Assembly: GCA_018645565.1 (NCBI GenBank)
Contig: JABGWJ010000087.1
Location: 1-41,843, forward strand
Origin: a bacterium
GTDB lineage: Bacteria; Fidelibacterota; Marinisomatia; Marinisomatales; UBA1611
Direction: 5' to 3'
Length of the DNA: 41,843 nt
This document shows positions 10,801-20,592 of the stretch, in pieces. The stretch's first letter is position 1; each line of letters begins with the position of its first letter. A model generated the notes under the pieces. The model made no database searches. It was not told where the DNA came from and saw only the letters and a program-made list of their open reading frames with translations. Position numbers and translations under genes: made by a program.

Positions 10801-10949
10801 TAGCAAAAGAGGACTCAATACTGCTTAAAATCAATCAAGATGTTTTTTATGAGTTGATGGAGAGTAATGCTGATATAATGAAACAAATCATAAAATTACT
10901 CACCGGAAGAATTAGAACAGCAAATGCTAAACTTGAATTGAACCTTTAA
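7809..10949 (+). CDS. Npt1/TLC-like (NTT) transporter fused to HEAT-like helical repeats and a C-terminal cNMP-binding domain
   Basis: About 12 hydrophobic segments with [24 protein letters not shown] and RAKPIID; a long helical middle; cNMP phosphate-binding cassette [18 protein letters not shown]. Confidence 0.85.
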   Translation: MSIIKIKKEEVSPIILLMMMFFCIVGSSITGASARDTFFLTQFDRSLLPLMFALVAGLMVVAISIYNKITSNLDLVKTIIFSSVFFCITLFIIRFKLNGFVIPLFYAWTDVIISITIFQFWLLASEIFNPRQAKRLFSVIGIGGSVAGISAGYLMRPFVLQFGAENLLIPTIIFIALIGVFAAFLNPFRAKKENDIKEKTNNKTSKNVFDPYLKSILVMVCAAAICSRIIEYQFKITAATTYSSSAELASFFGEYYMYLNGTTLIMQLFLTGFILQRFGILGGLIIMPLGLVVGSMSFLALANLSSIFMARLFDQAFKFSIQSASNEMLWTTIPKNKARRAKPIIDSSIKSIAEGIIGLIIYIIIANRFLEDTQIYLLSFPVIIVIILWLLNNLRIKRNYISSIEQAINRRHLNLKDIQFDVTDSHIISTIDKALKSGDFNKQSFALDLVKNMKCEMWSETLNNLLDSKNKDLQKQIMLLALERNNCLDNKILIKLSEQVDEVGALAITLLPDIFIQNNINLFLKNINSTDAHISAASSVVMLKQNPKDLKARKKLNEFLDVKNEKTTALALNYLRNSSELLPKNILNNLLHHPSLEISKSALNVAGNRLNNFYLPAIISNLENIKCTLKTRKILKLYNYKIVIRHLEEQLSLNKDNKNLKKGIMRCLAGYADDRVIQIIKRHLKVNNINISIICSESLLKIAKNRSKTFSFEDYFFDTIKNFTHQYFKLHCFRISLADNKSTFFIKDQIDYEMRRYLYIILKVVTLKIPNSPIDSHIKNIIENNDKDLPYILEFLETSFSKKTLNLLMPMIDPENNYKNEKIQNQLSNNPLNSWIKNWSESDKNWKSAISIDYCLKHDKEIINNIDWSKVVSNPILSQVLENCDNKGTSIPLEKFQNKTEKTMFTILEKTILLKTVDLFQDIPGELLSQVSQISKAKNYDNGETIFRDGDVGDSMFIVLEGKISITKGDKEIALLDKGASLGEMALLDNENRSANAIAKEDSILLKINQDVFYELMESNADIMKQIIKLLTGRIRTANAKLELNL

Positions 10950-12876
10950 TCAGGCTTTCAACTACACTAGGGTCGGCCAAGGTTGAAATATCTCCCATAC
11001 TATCTACATCATTCTCAGCAATTTTTCTTAAAATCCTTCTCATAATTTTGCCTGAACGCGTTTTTGGAAGAGCAGGTGCAAACTGCATTTTGTCAGGTTT
11101 TGCATGTGGTCCTATTTCTTTAACAACTGAGCTTATTATAGATTCAAAAATTCTTTCAGATGAATTTACGCCTGTCATTAGCGTCACAAATGCATAAATG
11201 CCTTGTCCTTTGATATCATGAGGAAATCCAACTACTGCTGCTTCCGCAACACCATTTGCTTTACCAATGGCACCTTCAACTTCAGCTGTTCCAATACGAT
11301 GTCCAGAAATATTTAATACATCATCTACCCTTCCAGTAATCCAGTAATAGCCATCTTTGTCTCTTTTTGCTCCATCTCCAGTAAAATAATAACCTCTAAA
11401 CTGCGAAAAATAAGTATCAAAAAATCGTTTATGATCCCCATAAATCGTTCTCATTTGCCCCGGCCAAGAAGTTTTTAATGCTAGCAAACCTTGCGTATTA
11501 TTTCCTTTAATTTCCTCACCTTCATCAGAAAGTAGTACAGGGTTTATGCCAAAAAAAGGTAATGTAGCAGAACCTGGCTTTGTCGGGGTTGCAGCAGGCA
11601 AAGGTGAAATTAATATACCGCCCGTTTCTGTCTGCCACCATGTGTCAACAATCGGGCAATTTTCTTTTCCAATAATTTTATTATACCATTTCCATTCAGG
11701 TTCTTTGATTGGCTCTCCAACGGTGCCCAAGATTCTTAGACTACTTAAATTTTTAGATTCAACCCAGGTATTACCCTCTTTCATTAAAGCTCTTAAAGCA
11801 GTGGGAGCAGTATAAAACTGATTAACTTTATGTTTATCTACAACATCCCAAAACCTTCCGAAATCTGGATAATTTGGTACGCCCTCAAACATAATGGTTG
11901 TTGCTCCGTTTGACATTGGACCATACACTATATAAGAGTGCCCAGTAATCCATCCTATATCTGCTGTGCACCAATAAACATCATTCTTCTTATAATCAAA
12001 AATTATTTCATGAGTATAAGATGCATATACTAAATAACCACCGGAGGTATGCAAAACACCTTTAGGCTTTCCTGTAGATCCAGAAGTATACAAGATAAAA
12101 AGAGGATCTTCGGAGTCCATTTCAACGGGTTCACAATCTTCACTGGCATTTATAGTTTCTTCGTGCCACCAGACATCGCGACCACTAACCATTTCAATGT
12201 CCACACCAGTTCTTTTTACTACCACAACAGAATCAATCGATGGTGTATTAGTTAAGGCTTTGTCAGCATTCTCTTTCATAGGAATATTGTTTTTGACACC
12301 TCTTACCCCTGTGTCTTGCGTAATAAGAATTTTACAAGATGAATCATTAATTCTATCGCGCAGAGAGTCCGCACTGAAAGCACCAAAAACAACTGAATGA
12401 ACAGCGCCGATTCTACAACAAGCTAGCATTGCTATTGATAGTTCAGGAATCATTTGCATATATAGACAAACACGATCTCCCTTTTTTACTCCTAAAGATT
12501 TTAAAACATTTGCGATTTTTTTTACTCTTACTAGAAGCTCTGAATATGTGTATTTTTTATCTTCTGATGGGTCGTTTCCTTCCCATATTATTGCAGTTTT
12601 ATCGCCATTTCCTGAATCTATATGACGATCAAGACAATTATAACTGACATTAAGTTTGCCATTTAAATACCAACTGATTTTTGCTTCGTTATAATCAACA
12701 TCACTCACTTTGTCCCACCTTTTGTACCAATCAATCCTATCAGCAACCGATGCCCAAAATTGATCTGGGCCTTTGATTGATTCTTCATATATCTCATTAT
12801 ATTTATCGATTGAATTGACATGTGCATTTTCAAGCCATTCTGAAGAAGGAAAATATGTATTATTATCTCTTACCAT
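10927..12876 (-). CDS. acs: Acetyl-CoA synthetase
   Basis: [42 protein letters not shown]. Start moved to ATG 12876, which has AAGGT upstream and avoids an overlap with the upstream gene. Confidence 0.96.
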   Translation of the reverse strand: MVRDNNTYFPSSEWLENAHVNSIDKYNEIYEESIKGPDQFWASVADRIDWYKRWDKVSDVDYNEAKISWYLNGKLNVSYNCLDRHIDSGNGDKTAIIWEGNDPSEDKKYTYSELLVRVKKIANVLKSLGVKKGDRVCLYMQMIPELSIAMLACCRIGAVHSVVFGAFSADSLRDRINDSSCKILITQDTGVRGVKNNIPMKENADKALTNTPSIDSVVVVKRTGVDIEMVSGRDVWWHEETINASEDCEPVEMDSEDPLFILYTSGSTGKPKGVLHTSGGYLVYASYTHEIIFDYKKNDVYWCTADIGWITGHSYIVYGPMSNGATTIMFEGVPNYPDFGRFWDVVDKHKVNQFYTAPTALRALMKEGNTWVESKNLSSLRILGTVGEPIKEPEWKWYNKIIGKENCPIVDTWWQTETGGILISPLPAATPTKPGSATLPFFGINPVLLSDEGEEIKGNNTQGLLALKTSWPGQMRTIYGDHKRFFDTYFSQFRGYYFTGDGAKRDKDGYYWITGRVDDVLNISGHRIGTAEVEGAIGKANGVAEAAVVGFPHDIKGQGIYAFVTLMTGVNSSERIFESIISSVVKEIGPHAKPDKMQFAPALPKTRSGKIMRRILRKIAENDVDSMGDISTLADPSVVESLIKGSIQV

Positions 12877-12889
12877 TGTGTATTTACCT

Positions 12890-13294
12890 TTATTTAAGCT
12901 TTTGATTATGAGTGCATTTTGTATACAAACCATCTACCTGCTGCTTTACAGCGACCATGGTGAATTCAGCGACACATGCTAATCTTCTATCATCATGCCT
13001 GCCTTCAGCGTATGCTTGAACGTGTACTTTTATAGAAGTTTTTCCTAGTTTTGTTACCACTGCTTCAAAATTGACCCATTCACCTACGTAAACGGGTTCC
13101 TTAAACTCTGTGGCATCTATCGCTCTGGTTACAGCTGAGTCTGCGGGAGATTTTTTTAAAATCCTGTGCGCTGCCTTACTAACAGCAATATCCATCCAAG
13201 ATATCATTTGACCCCCAAATAATGTTCCAACAACATTTGCATCTTGAGGCATGACTAATTGCGAATAGCGAACTATATCTGATTTATGATTCAT
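12890..13294 (-). CDS. Acyl-CoA thioesterase (YciA-like hotdog fold)
   Basis: [44 protein letters not shown]. Confidence 0.9.
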   Translation of the reverse strand: MNHKSDIVRYSQLVMPQDANVVGTLFGGQMISWMDIAVSKAAHRILKKSPADSAVTRAIDATEFKEPVYVGEWVNFEAVVTKLGKTSIKVHVQAYAEGRHDDRRLACVAEFTMVAVKQQVDGLYTKCTHNQKLK

Positions 13295-13427
13295 ACTTTT
13301 ATCCTAATAAAATTTTATTTATTAACAATTAAAAAAATATTTTAAAAAAAGTTTCCAATGATGAAAGTATCATAGAATAAAACTGAAAAGCTAAATAAAA
13401 TTTTATGCATTGATAATAAATCATATC

Positions 13428-14696
13428 TTAAGCTGTAAAGTTTTTAGCTATCCTTTCGCCTTCATCGAAATCAACTCTAATCAATAATAAACCTCCACCA
13501 ATAAACAATATAACTAATGCAAATAAACCCATACGAGCGTTTCCAGTGACTAGAGTTACTGTACCCAATAAAACTGGCCCAACAACAGCAGAAAATTTTC
13601 CAAGCATATTATAAAACCCGAAAAATTCACCCTCTTTACCTTTTGGTACTAACCTTGCAAAGAGACTTCTACTTATTGCCTGTATTCCTCCTTGAAATAG
13701 CCCAATAATACCAGCGAGAATATAGAAATGTAGTTTCGAGTTCATGAAATACGCCGAACTAGTTGCAATAGTATAGAAAAAAATTGCAACTAAAACAGCT
13801 TTTTTTGGTGTTATGATCGAGCTAAACCAATTAAAAAGTAGTCCAGCGGGAAAGCCTATTAATTGAACCATAATTAATACTGACAGCATATCGCTTGCTT
13901 CAAAGCCCATAGAAAGAGCCAACTTCCCAGCCATTCTTATAATTGTATCCACACCGTCCATGTACAACCAATAAGACAAAAGAAATAAACCAACAATTTT
14001 CATTTTCCTAATTTCTTTAAAAGTAGATTTTAACTGCGTCCAACCAAGACTGATTGCACTGAGTAGGGAAACATTATCCTTATTCTTTGGTTCTGGAATA
14101 AAAAGAAAAATTGGAATAGAAAAAATACCCCACCACACTGCTACGGATACAAAAGATAAGCGAATAGCAGTTGTGGCATCTGGAATTCCAAACCATTGAG
14201 GATTTTGATACATTAATATATTAATAATAAAAAGAACTCCGCCTCCTAAATATCCCATTGAATAACCAAGAGATGAGACAAAATCAAATTCATGTTTTTT
14301 AGCAACTGATGGTAATAACGAATCGTAAAATACATTACTACTAGCAAAACCAATTGCGCCTACGGCATAAAGTATAGCCGCTAGCTGCCAATCCCCTTGC
14401 TCAACAAACCATAATAATGAAGTCGCTAATATTCCCAAAAATGCAAATGTAAAAAGAAATTTTTTCTTTGTTGAACCTGTATCAGAAACAGCTCCTAAAA
14501 ATGGAGCCATCATTGCAACAATTAGTGAACCAGCTGAGTTGCTCACTCCAAGATAAAAAGTACTTTGATCAACTAGTTCTGGATTTGACCAATATTTCTC
14601 AAAAAAAATAGGGAAAAAACCCGCCATTACAGTCGTAGCAAAAGCAGAATTTGCCCAATCATAAAGTGTCCAGCTTAATACTTTTTTTTTATCCAA
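13428..14696 (-). CDS. MFS transporter, UMF1/ATG22-like family
   Basis: SWTLYDWANSAF, NVFYDSLLP, GYSMGYLGG, YMDGVDT, QAISRSLF, EFFGFY. TTG start. Confidence 0.88.
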   Translation of the reverse strand: MDKKKVLSWTLYDWANSAFATTVMAGFFPIFFEKYWSNPELVDQSTFYLGVSNSAGSLIVAMMAPFLGAVSDTGSTKKKFLFTFAFLGILATSLLWFVEQGDWQLAAILYAVGAIGFASSNVFYDSLLPSVAKKHEFDFVSSLGYSMGYLGGGVLFIINILMYQNPQWFGIPDATTAIRLSFVSVAVWWGIFSIPIFLFIPEPKNKDNVSLLSAISLGWTQLKSTFKEIRKMKIVGLFLLSYWLYMDGVDTIIRMAGKLALSMGFEASDMLSVLIMVQLIGFPAGLLFNWFSSIITPKKAVLVAIFFYTIATSSAYFMNSKLHFYILAGIIGLFQGGIQAISRSLFARLVPKGKEGEFFGFYNMLGKFSAVVGPVLLGTVTLVTGNARMGLFALVILFIGGGLLLIRVDFDEGERIAKNFTA

Positions 14697-14699
14697 TGA

Positions 14700-16235
14700 T
14701 TACCACCCTTGCATATATGTTGTTATTCCAGAATACAATTTAAAACCTTCAAAAGTATTTTTTGAGTTCAATGTTTTTTTGTATCCAAAAACAATATCAA
14801 AATTAAATGGCCCCATCCGGTTTTTTGATTTAGAATTCAAAATCCATGTTTCTAAACATAAATCCCAGCGCTTATTTTCTGAATCATAACCATCATGGCT
14901 TTCCATCCATTTATCCCAATTACTATCATAAGAAGTGTAATTATCTCTGATCTTTGAAGATGTTAGCGATTGAAATTTTATCAAAATACGATTTTTAACA
15001 ATTTGAGTCTCATATCCTATGAGACTCCGAATTAATCTGCCTTCTTTAAATTTATATGTTTCGCCAACTTTGCTAATAATCGAGTCCGGATTTGTGTGAG
15101 CACCAGAAAATATATTTAATGGAGTATACAATAATTCAGAGGCACTTGATCCATAACTTAAAGAACCATATAAACGACTGCTGGTTTCATTTTTCCAATT
15201 ATAAGCACCAAAAAGCCCAAGCATTAAGCGAGTAACTCCAGAGCCTATATTAATTTGTGAAAATTGTTTTTTACCCACATCACTAAAAGGCTCAATTGTA
15301 AACCCAAATGGGATTGAGACAGATACTCTTCCATAGAGCACTCCAGACTTTTTCCCCATCCATGAAGGGTCTCCTTTTAAAAGAGCCGTTATTCCAAATT
15401 TTACGTCACCTACACCAGATGATGAACGATTTGGCTGATTATAATATTTCGCTAGACTATCAAAAGTTACCGTGTCACCAGTACTATAATTTGGTGTCAT
15501 GAACCTTGGATCTATAAAACCTCGGCTAAAGGGATCATCTTTTGCATGTAATACCCATGCAACGCTGTGCTCTCCATTTATGGTATATAAATCATTATAA
15601 ATATTTTGCAATGTGTCTCTTGTACCAGTTGGCAACATTAAGAATGACGATGTTTGGAAAAAAGAATCGAGCTTTGTTTTTGCGCTTATATGATAATCAA
15701 TAATCTGATCCGCTCCATAAATACGATCAATATTTGATGATACTTTGTAAGTCTCTTTTAATGAACTGATATTAGGGATCTCAACACTTAACATTAATTC
15801 ATTTGAAATACCATAATCTAACTTAATTATACTACCAACTTCTTTTTGCTTTCTATTTTCCGAAAAAACACCATTTGATAAAACTGTTCTGGATGTATCA
15901 AAATAACCTGCATTAAAATCTGGCAGATTTTGTTCATAATTAACATTAAAGATTTTTAAAAATGACTCAGCAGTAACAGACTGGGCCAATTCATAAGACC
16001 CAACGTGAAATAGATCACTTGAACTATTATAAATCCCAAATGTATTTTTCTTTGAATTATTAAAATATGCATGACTAATTCCGTGCATACTAAATTTTTG
16101 ATTACGTAAGCTTAACTCCTGAGAACTATTATAATTTTGAACCGTAACTCGAAAAATGTTCGCTGGAACGGTAGGCAAAACTTGACTTAAACAAAAAGAC
16201 ATAATAAATATTAGGGAAAAGTGCTTCAATATCAA
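14700..16235 (-). CDS. Hypothetical secreted protein, possibly outer membrane
   Basis: 511-aa ORF with a signal-like N-terminus, amphipathic beta-like segments and a C-terminal Trp. TTG start overlaps the TGA of the upstream gene. Confidence 0.7.
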   Translation of the reverse strand: MILKHFSLIFIMSFCLSQVLPTVPANIFRVTVQNYNSSQELSLRNQKFSMHGISHAYFNNSKKNTFGIYNSSSDLFHVGSYELAQSVTAESFLKIFNVNYEQNLPDFNAGYFDTSRTVLSNGVFSENRKQKEVGSIIKLDYGISNELMLSVEIPNISSLKETYKVSSNIDRIYGADQIIDYHISAKTKLDSFFQTSSFLMLPTGTRDTLQNIYNDLYTINGEHSVAWVLHAKDDPFSRGFIDPRFMTPNYSTGDTVTFDSLAKYYNQPNRSSSGVGDVKFGITALLKGDPSWMGKKSGVLYGRVSVSIPFGFTIEPFSDVGKKQFSQINIGSGVTRLMLGLFGAYNWKNETSSRLYGSLSYGSSASELLYTPLNIFSGAHTNPDSIISKVGETYKFKEGRLIRSLIGYETQIVKNRILIKFQSLTSSKIRDNYTSYDSNWDKWMESHDGYDSENKRWDLCLETWILNSKSKNRMGPFNFDIVFGYKKTLNSKNTFEGFKLYSGITTYMQGW

Positions 16236-17533
16236 TATAAAAGAAATTTATTTCTAAATTTACTGAACTCAATTTCATCATGCATATATTGTGGGGATAA
16301 ATAAGATGGCGGTTTTTTTTGAGCTACGAAAACCCGTAATTGGTTAGATCCAAAAAGTTTATCGATGTAACCATTCGCCTCCCATCTAAATTCTCTAGGA
16401 TGAAGCCGCTCGATTAAAGCTATAATTGATGTAGCAGTTTCTACCGGCTTTACTTTTGTCTTATTATTTACAATAATTTTTATACCGCTACAAGCTTTAC
16501 CATTATATTTAGGAATCCTGCTATTAAAAATTGAACCTCTTGGACGATACTCTATTTCTTCAAAACTAAGTCCAGGCAATTTTAGCATATCTAGTTTTTC
16601 TTTAAAGAAAGATGTTGCTAACCATGGAGTTCCAAAAACCAAGTAAGGAGAGTCTGTTCCAAACCCCACATTTATGTTTGTACCTCTTAATAAATCCATG
16701 CCTGAATACATTAATAAAGAATTCATATCATAGATATAAGGAATCGGTTTTTTCCAAGGAAGTTTAGTATCATCTAAGTAATTGCTTCTGTCCCAATTGA
16801 CAATCGGGATTATGCTTAAGTTTACTCTTTTTGAATCTTTTGCCCACCCCATTTCATTTACCATTAATAATATTTCACCTATGGTCATACCATGTCTTAT
16901 TGGTAAAAGGTGATAAGCTTCAAAAGATTGATAATTTGGTCTAGGAATAGGACCTTCAATTATTACACCCCCAAGAGGATTTGGCCTATCTAAAATAATT
17001 ATTGGAATTTTATGTTTACTCGCAGATTCAAATAACTTAGAAATCGAAGCAATGAAAGTCGTATATCTTGCTCCAGTGTCTTGGATATCAACTACAATTA
17101 AATCCAGATCTTTTAAAATCCAATTGGGAGGATATAAACTGCGTTCAAGTAAATTAAATACTTTAGCCCCAGATACAGGGTCAACCCTTTGATTACCAAT
17201 CAACTTTGCTCTTTTGTCATCCATGCCCCAAATACCATGTTCCGGCTCAAATATTGCTTTAATAAAAATATTTGGGTTTTTACCAATTAAATCTAAAATG
17301 TGGTTATCATTTCTATTTACAGCAGTTTGATTACAAAAAATTCCAATTTTTTTATTAATCAAAAATTTGAAATCCATTTGTTCTAAAATATCAAGACCTG
17401 TGTATATGTCATCAAAAAATGATAGGTCAGGAACAGAGACAATTGAAGTATAATCAAATTTTTCTGTTTGAGCTGAAACTATACCTAAGCTAATGGAAAT
17501 GCTTAATGAAACAATAATTGATATTTTTCTTAT
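16232..17533 (-). CDS. NamZ/DUF1343-like exo-beta-N-acetylmuramidase homolog (divergent); probable ATA start
   Basis: NQTA, PEHG, DIQDTGARY, DRPNP, RHGMTIGE. The frame stays open 52 codons upstream of ATG 17377 and encodes a signal peptide plus the TGLDIL motif. Confidence 0.8.
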   Translation of the reverse strand: MRKISIIVSLSISISLGIVSAQTEKFDYTSIVSVPDLSFFDDIYTGLDILEQMDFKFLINKKIGIFCNQTAVNRNDNHILDLIGKNPNIFIKAIFEPEHGIWGMDDKRAKLIGNQRVDPVSGAKVFNLLERSLYPPNWILKDLDLIVVDIQDTGARYTTFIASISKLFESASKHKIPIIILDRPNPLGGVIIEGPIPRPNYQSFEAYHLLPIRHGMTIGEILLMVNEMGWAKDSKRVNLSIIPIVNWDRSNYLDDTKLPWKKPIPYIYDMNSLLMYSGMDLLRGTNINVGFGTDSPYLVFGTPWLATSFFKEKLDMLKLPGLSFEEIEYRPRGSIFNSRIPKYNGKACSGIKIIVNNKTKVKPVETATSIIALIERLHPREFRWEANGYIDKLFGSNQLRVFVAQKKPPSYLSPQYMHDEIEFSKFRNKFLLY

Positions 17534-18954
17534 CTCGCAGATAATAGCTTATTTTCTTTTGTAACGAAAAGTCCAAGACAAACAATAAGAGCATTAACAA
17601 TAAGAATTTCAAACCCAATTGAATAATAAGTTTGAATTATATAGCTTAAAACTGGAGCAATAATTGCGATATATGGTACAAGCTTATCATTAACGCTATA
17701 TGAGGTAAAAAGTCCAAAGAAATATAGACCCAAAAGTGGACCATAAGTGTACCCAGCTACACTAAATATAGAACTAATGATACTTTGGTCATTGATAGCA
17801 TTTAAAGTCAGTATTACAACCAAAATGATAATTGAAAATAATAAATGAATATATTTTCTTCTAATTATACTTGATGAGTCTTTAATATCAATTTCTAAAA
17901 TATCCACGCAAAAAGAAGTTGTTAATGAGGTCAACGCAGAATCAGCACTTGAGTAAGCAGCTGCAATTAACCCCAAAATAAAAATCAGTATTAAAGGAAA
18001 TCCTAATGTCTCGCTTAAAACTACCGCTGGAAATAAATCATCCGGTTTTGAAAAACTTATTCCATATTTCCCCGCAATCGAATAAAGCAATGCGCCTAAA
18101 CATAAAAATAATAGGTTTACAATGACCAAGCTAAGACTAAAGTACATCATATTTTTTTGAGCTTCTTTAATATTTCTACAACTTAGATTTTTTTGCATCA
18201 TATCTTGATCCAAACCGGTCATGACTATTGCTATGAAGGCACCAGTAAAAAACCGTCGTAAGAAATGTTGGTCGCCTTCCCAAAAAAATATTTTTGAATA
18301 ATCACTTTCAATGATAAAAGGAAAGATACTTGCATAATTTAAACCAAGATCTTTTCCGATTAGGTAAACTGAGAGAGCCAACGCAAGTAACATAAAAAAA
18401 GTTTGAAGCGTGTCTGTCCAAATAATAGTTTTAATTCCACCCCTAAAAGTGTAAAACCAAATCAGTAAAATTGTTATTGATACTGTAAGGTAAAATGGGA
18501 CACCCCAACTTTGAAATACACTTAAGTGTAGAACCCTAGCAACAATGTAAAGTCGAAATGATGCTCCAATAGTTCGAGAAATAATAAAAAAGACAGAACC
18601 GGTTTTATAAGACGCTATCCCAAACCTATCACTGAGGTATGTGTATATTGAGGTTAGGTTAAGCCTATAATAGAGTGGCATTAATACTGCTCCAATGAAA
18701 GCATATCCCAATAAGTAACCAAATACCATCTGCATGTAACTAAACTGACTTGATTCTACCCATCCAGGAACAGAAATAAAAGTAACGCCCGATAATGAAG
18801 TACCTATCATTCCAAATGCTACTATATACCATGGAGATGATTTATTTCCTAAAAAAAATGATTCATTGGTATCATTTTTACCTGTAAACCAAGATATAGC
18901 AGATAGAAATAAAAAATAAAGAATGATGCAAACAACAATGTAGATAGAGTTCAT
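17530..18954 (-). CDS. Sodium:solute symporter (SSS/SLC5)
   Basis: FFLGNKSSPW, GTSLSGVTFISVPG, GGIKTIIWTDTLQ, GLDQDMMQKNL, AAYSSADS. The TTG at 18960 is an alternative start. Confidence 0.92.
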   Translation of the reverse strand: MNSIYIVVCIILYFLFLSAISWFTGKNDTNESFFLGNKSSPWYIVAFGMIGTSLSGVTFISVPGWVESSQFSYMQMVFGYLLGYAFIGAVLMPLYYRLNLTSIYTYLSDRFGIASYKTGSVFFIISRTIGASFRLYIVARVLHLSVFQSWGVPFYLTVSITILLIWFYTFRGGIKTIIWTDTLQTFFMLLALALSVYLIGKDLGLNYASIFPFIIESDYSKIFFWEGDQHFLRRFFTGAFIAIVMTGLDQDMMQKNLSCRNIKEAQKNMMYFSLSLVIVNLLFLCLGALLYSIAGKYGISFSKPDDLFPAVVLSETLGFPLILIFILGLIAAAYSSADSALTSLTTSFCVDILEIDIKDSSSIIRRKYIHLLFSIIILVVILTLNAINDQSIISSIFSVAGYTYGPLLGLYFFGLFTSYSVNDKLVPYIAIIAPVLSYIIQTYYSIGFEILIVNALIVCLGLFVTKENKLLSAR

Positions 18955-19059
18955 TAGCAATAATAAAATTTGTTATTGAAGTATTTGAATATATTATGTT
19001 TCATTTTATGAAATTAATTTTTTCTTGCATAAAACAAAATAATACGCCAGTTTTCGCAC

Positions 19060-20589
19060 ATGCCAAAAGAAAAAGAATCTGGGGGCGGTTTTGATAAAAC
19101 GACTGATTTTAAATGGTTTGGAATCGGTCTCCTTGTCTTTGTTATAATATGGGCTATGCCAACTCCTGATTCAATGATGGCTAAAGCTCAGGAATTATTT
19201 AGTGATTTAAATCCTGATCAAATCACTACCAAAGCATTCAACATGAAAATTATCATAGCGTTGTTAGGCTGCTGTACAGTTTTTTTTGCTACAGAAGCTT
19301 TACCAATGCCAGCAGTCGCACTTTTTATTGGTCTGGTTCAATTATTTTTCGGTATAACAGAACCAAAAAATGTCGTAGCGACTTACGCACATGATGCGGT
19401 CTGGTTTATAGCTGGCTCTTTAGCAATGGGTGCAACAATGGTTAAATATGGCCTAGATAAACGAATCGGTATGTTAGTAATGAATTTATCTGGTACAAAA
19501 GTCAGGAATGTAGTTCTTGGGATATTAGTAGGTACTGCAATACCATCTGCTTTCATTAGTGAAGCATCAATTGCTCCAATGTTTTTGCCGATAGCCATGG
19601 CTTTATACACTTTAACAAGTAAGAAGATTGGCGATGCAACTCAACTAGGGAAGCTTTTGATGATGTCAATTGCAATAGGATGCATGGTCGGCGCTCCTAT
19701 GAGTCCTACTGGAGGTGCAAGAAACGCTATTATGATAGGATTTTTAGGTAATTTAGGACCTGAGTATGAAATTAGTTTTATGCAGTGGATGATATTAGGA
19801 TCGTTTTATACCTTTTTTCTTGGGTTGTTTTTTGCGTTTTTATTACCTCTATTGTATAAACCTGAAGTCGATGATTTATCTGATGCCGTTAATACATTAA
19901 GAGAAGATTTAAAAAAACATGGTAAAATGACTAGAGATCAATGGTTAGTCAGCGGCATTGCTTTCCTTATGATAATAGCTTGGATAACAGACAAAGATTT
20001 AATTGCCCCTGTTCTCGGTTTTCCACTTGGCTTAGGCGGTGTTGCTATGACTGGGACTGTATTATTTATGTTACTCGGTCTAACCTCATGGTCTGATTAT
20101 GAAAAAAATATTAGTTGGGGTGTAATTGTTTTATATGCCGGTGCAATTAGCTTAGGAGCTGTTTTCAAATCAAGTGGAGCTGCAAAATGGCTTGCAGACA
20201 GTTTAATTGATATTTTAACTACATTTAACATACAGGAAGGTCTTCCCCTCGCAATATTGGTTGCTGTAATTGGAGCATTAATGACGAATTTAATGAGTGC
20301 TGGAGCAACAGTAGCGGTAATTGGACCAGTAGTTCTTGAAATGGCGGTAAGCTCAGGAACAAATCCGATAATTGTAGGCGTAGCTCTAGCAATTGCTACG
20401 TCAATGGCATTTTGGCTAGTTATCGGAACCCCTGCCAGTTCCGTTGTTTATTCAGCAGGACTATTAGATGCTAAAGATTTTATAAGAATGGCAACTTTTG
20501 CTTGGCCTGCTGCCTTGATTATTATGATAGTAATGATCACATTTTACTGGGTAGGACTTGGTCTTCAACCAATAATGATAGGAAATTAA
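19060..20589 (+). CDS. DASS/SLC13 sodium:anion (dicarboxylate/sulfate) symporter
   Basis: TEALP, GLDKRI, SPTGGARN, ISWGVIVLYAGAISLG, SGAAKWLA, GTPASS. Highly hydrophobic. Confidence 0.88.
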   Translation: MPKEKESGGGFDKTTDFKWFGIGLLVFVIIWAMPTPDSMMAKAQELFSDLNPDQITTKAFNMKIIIALLGCCTVFFATEALPMPAVALFIGLVQLFFGITEPKNVVATYAHDAVWFIAGSLAMGATMVKYGLDKRIGMLVMNLSGTKVRNVVLGILVGTAIPSAFISEASIAPMFLPIAMALYTLTSKKIGDATQLGKLLMMSIAIGCMVGAPMSPTGGARNAIMIGFLGNLGPEYEISFMQWMILGSFYTFFLGLFFAFLLPLLYKPEVDDLSDAVNTLREDLKKHGKMTRDQWLVSGIAFLMIIAWITDKDLIAPVLGFPLGLGGVAMTGTVLFMLLGLTSWSDYEKNISWGVIVLYAGAISLGAVFKSSGAAKWLADSLIDILTTFNIQEGLPLAILVAVIGALMTNLMSAGATVAVIGPVVLEMAVSSGTNPIIVGVALAIATSMAFWLVIGTPASSVVYSAGLLDAKDFIRMATFAWPAALIIMIVMITFYWVGLGLQPIMIGN

Positions 20590-20592
20590 CAA

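Noticed and set aside
12877-12933. 19-aa N-terminal extension of acs in the ORF track
   Set aside because: It overlaps the thioesterase gene, and ATG 12876 has an SD-like AAGGT.
13295-13427. Two copies of the palindrome ATAAAATTTTAT (13307-13318 and 13395-13406) and short minus-strand ORFs
   Set aside because: The palindromes are pure A/T in a very AT-rich intergenic region, so chance is plausible. The ORFs are 31 aa or shorter with no supporting features.
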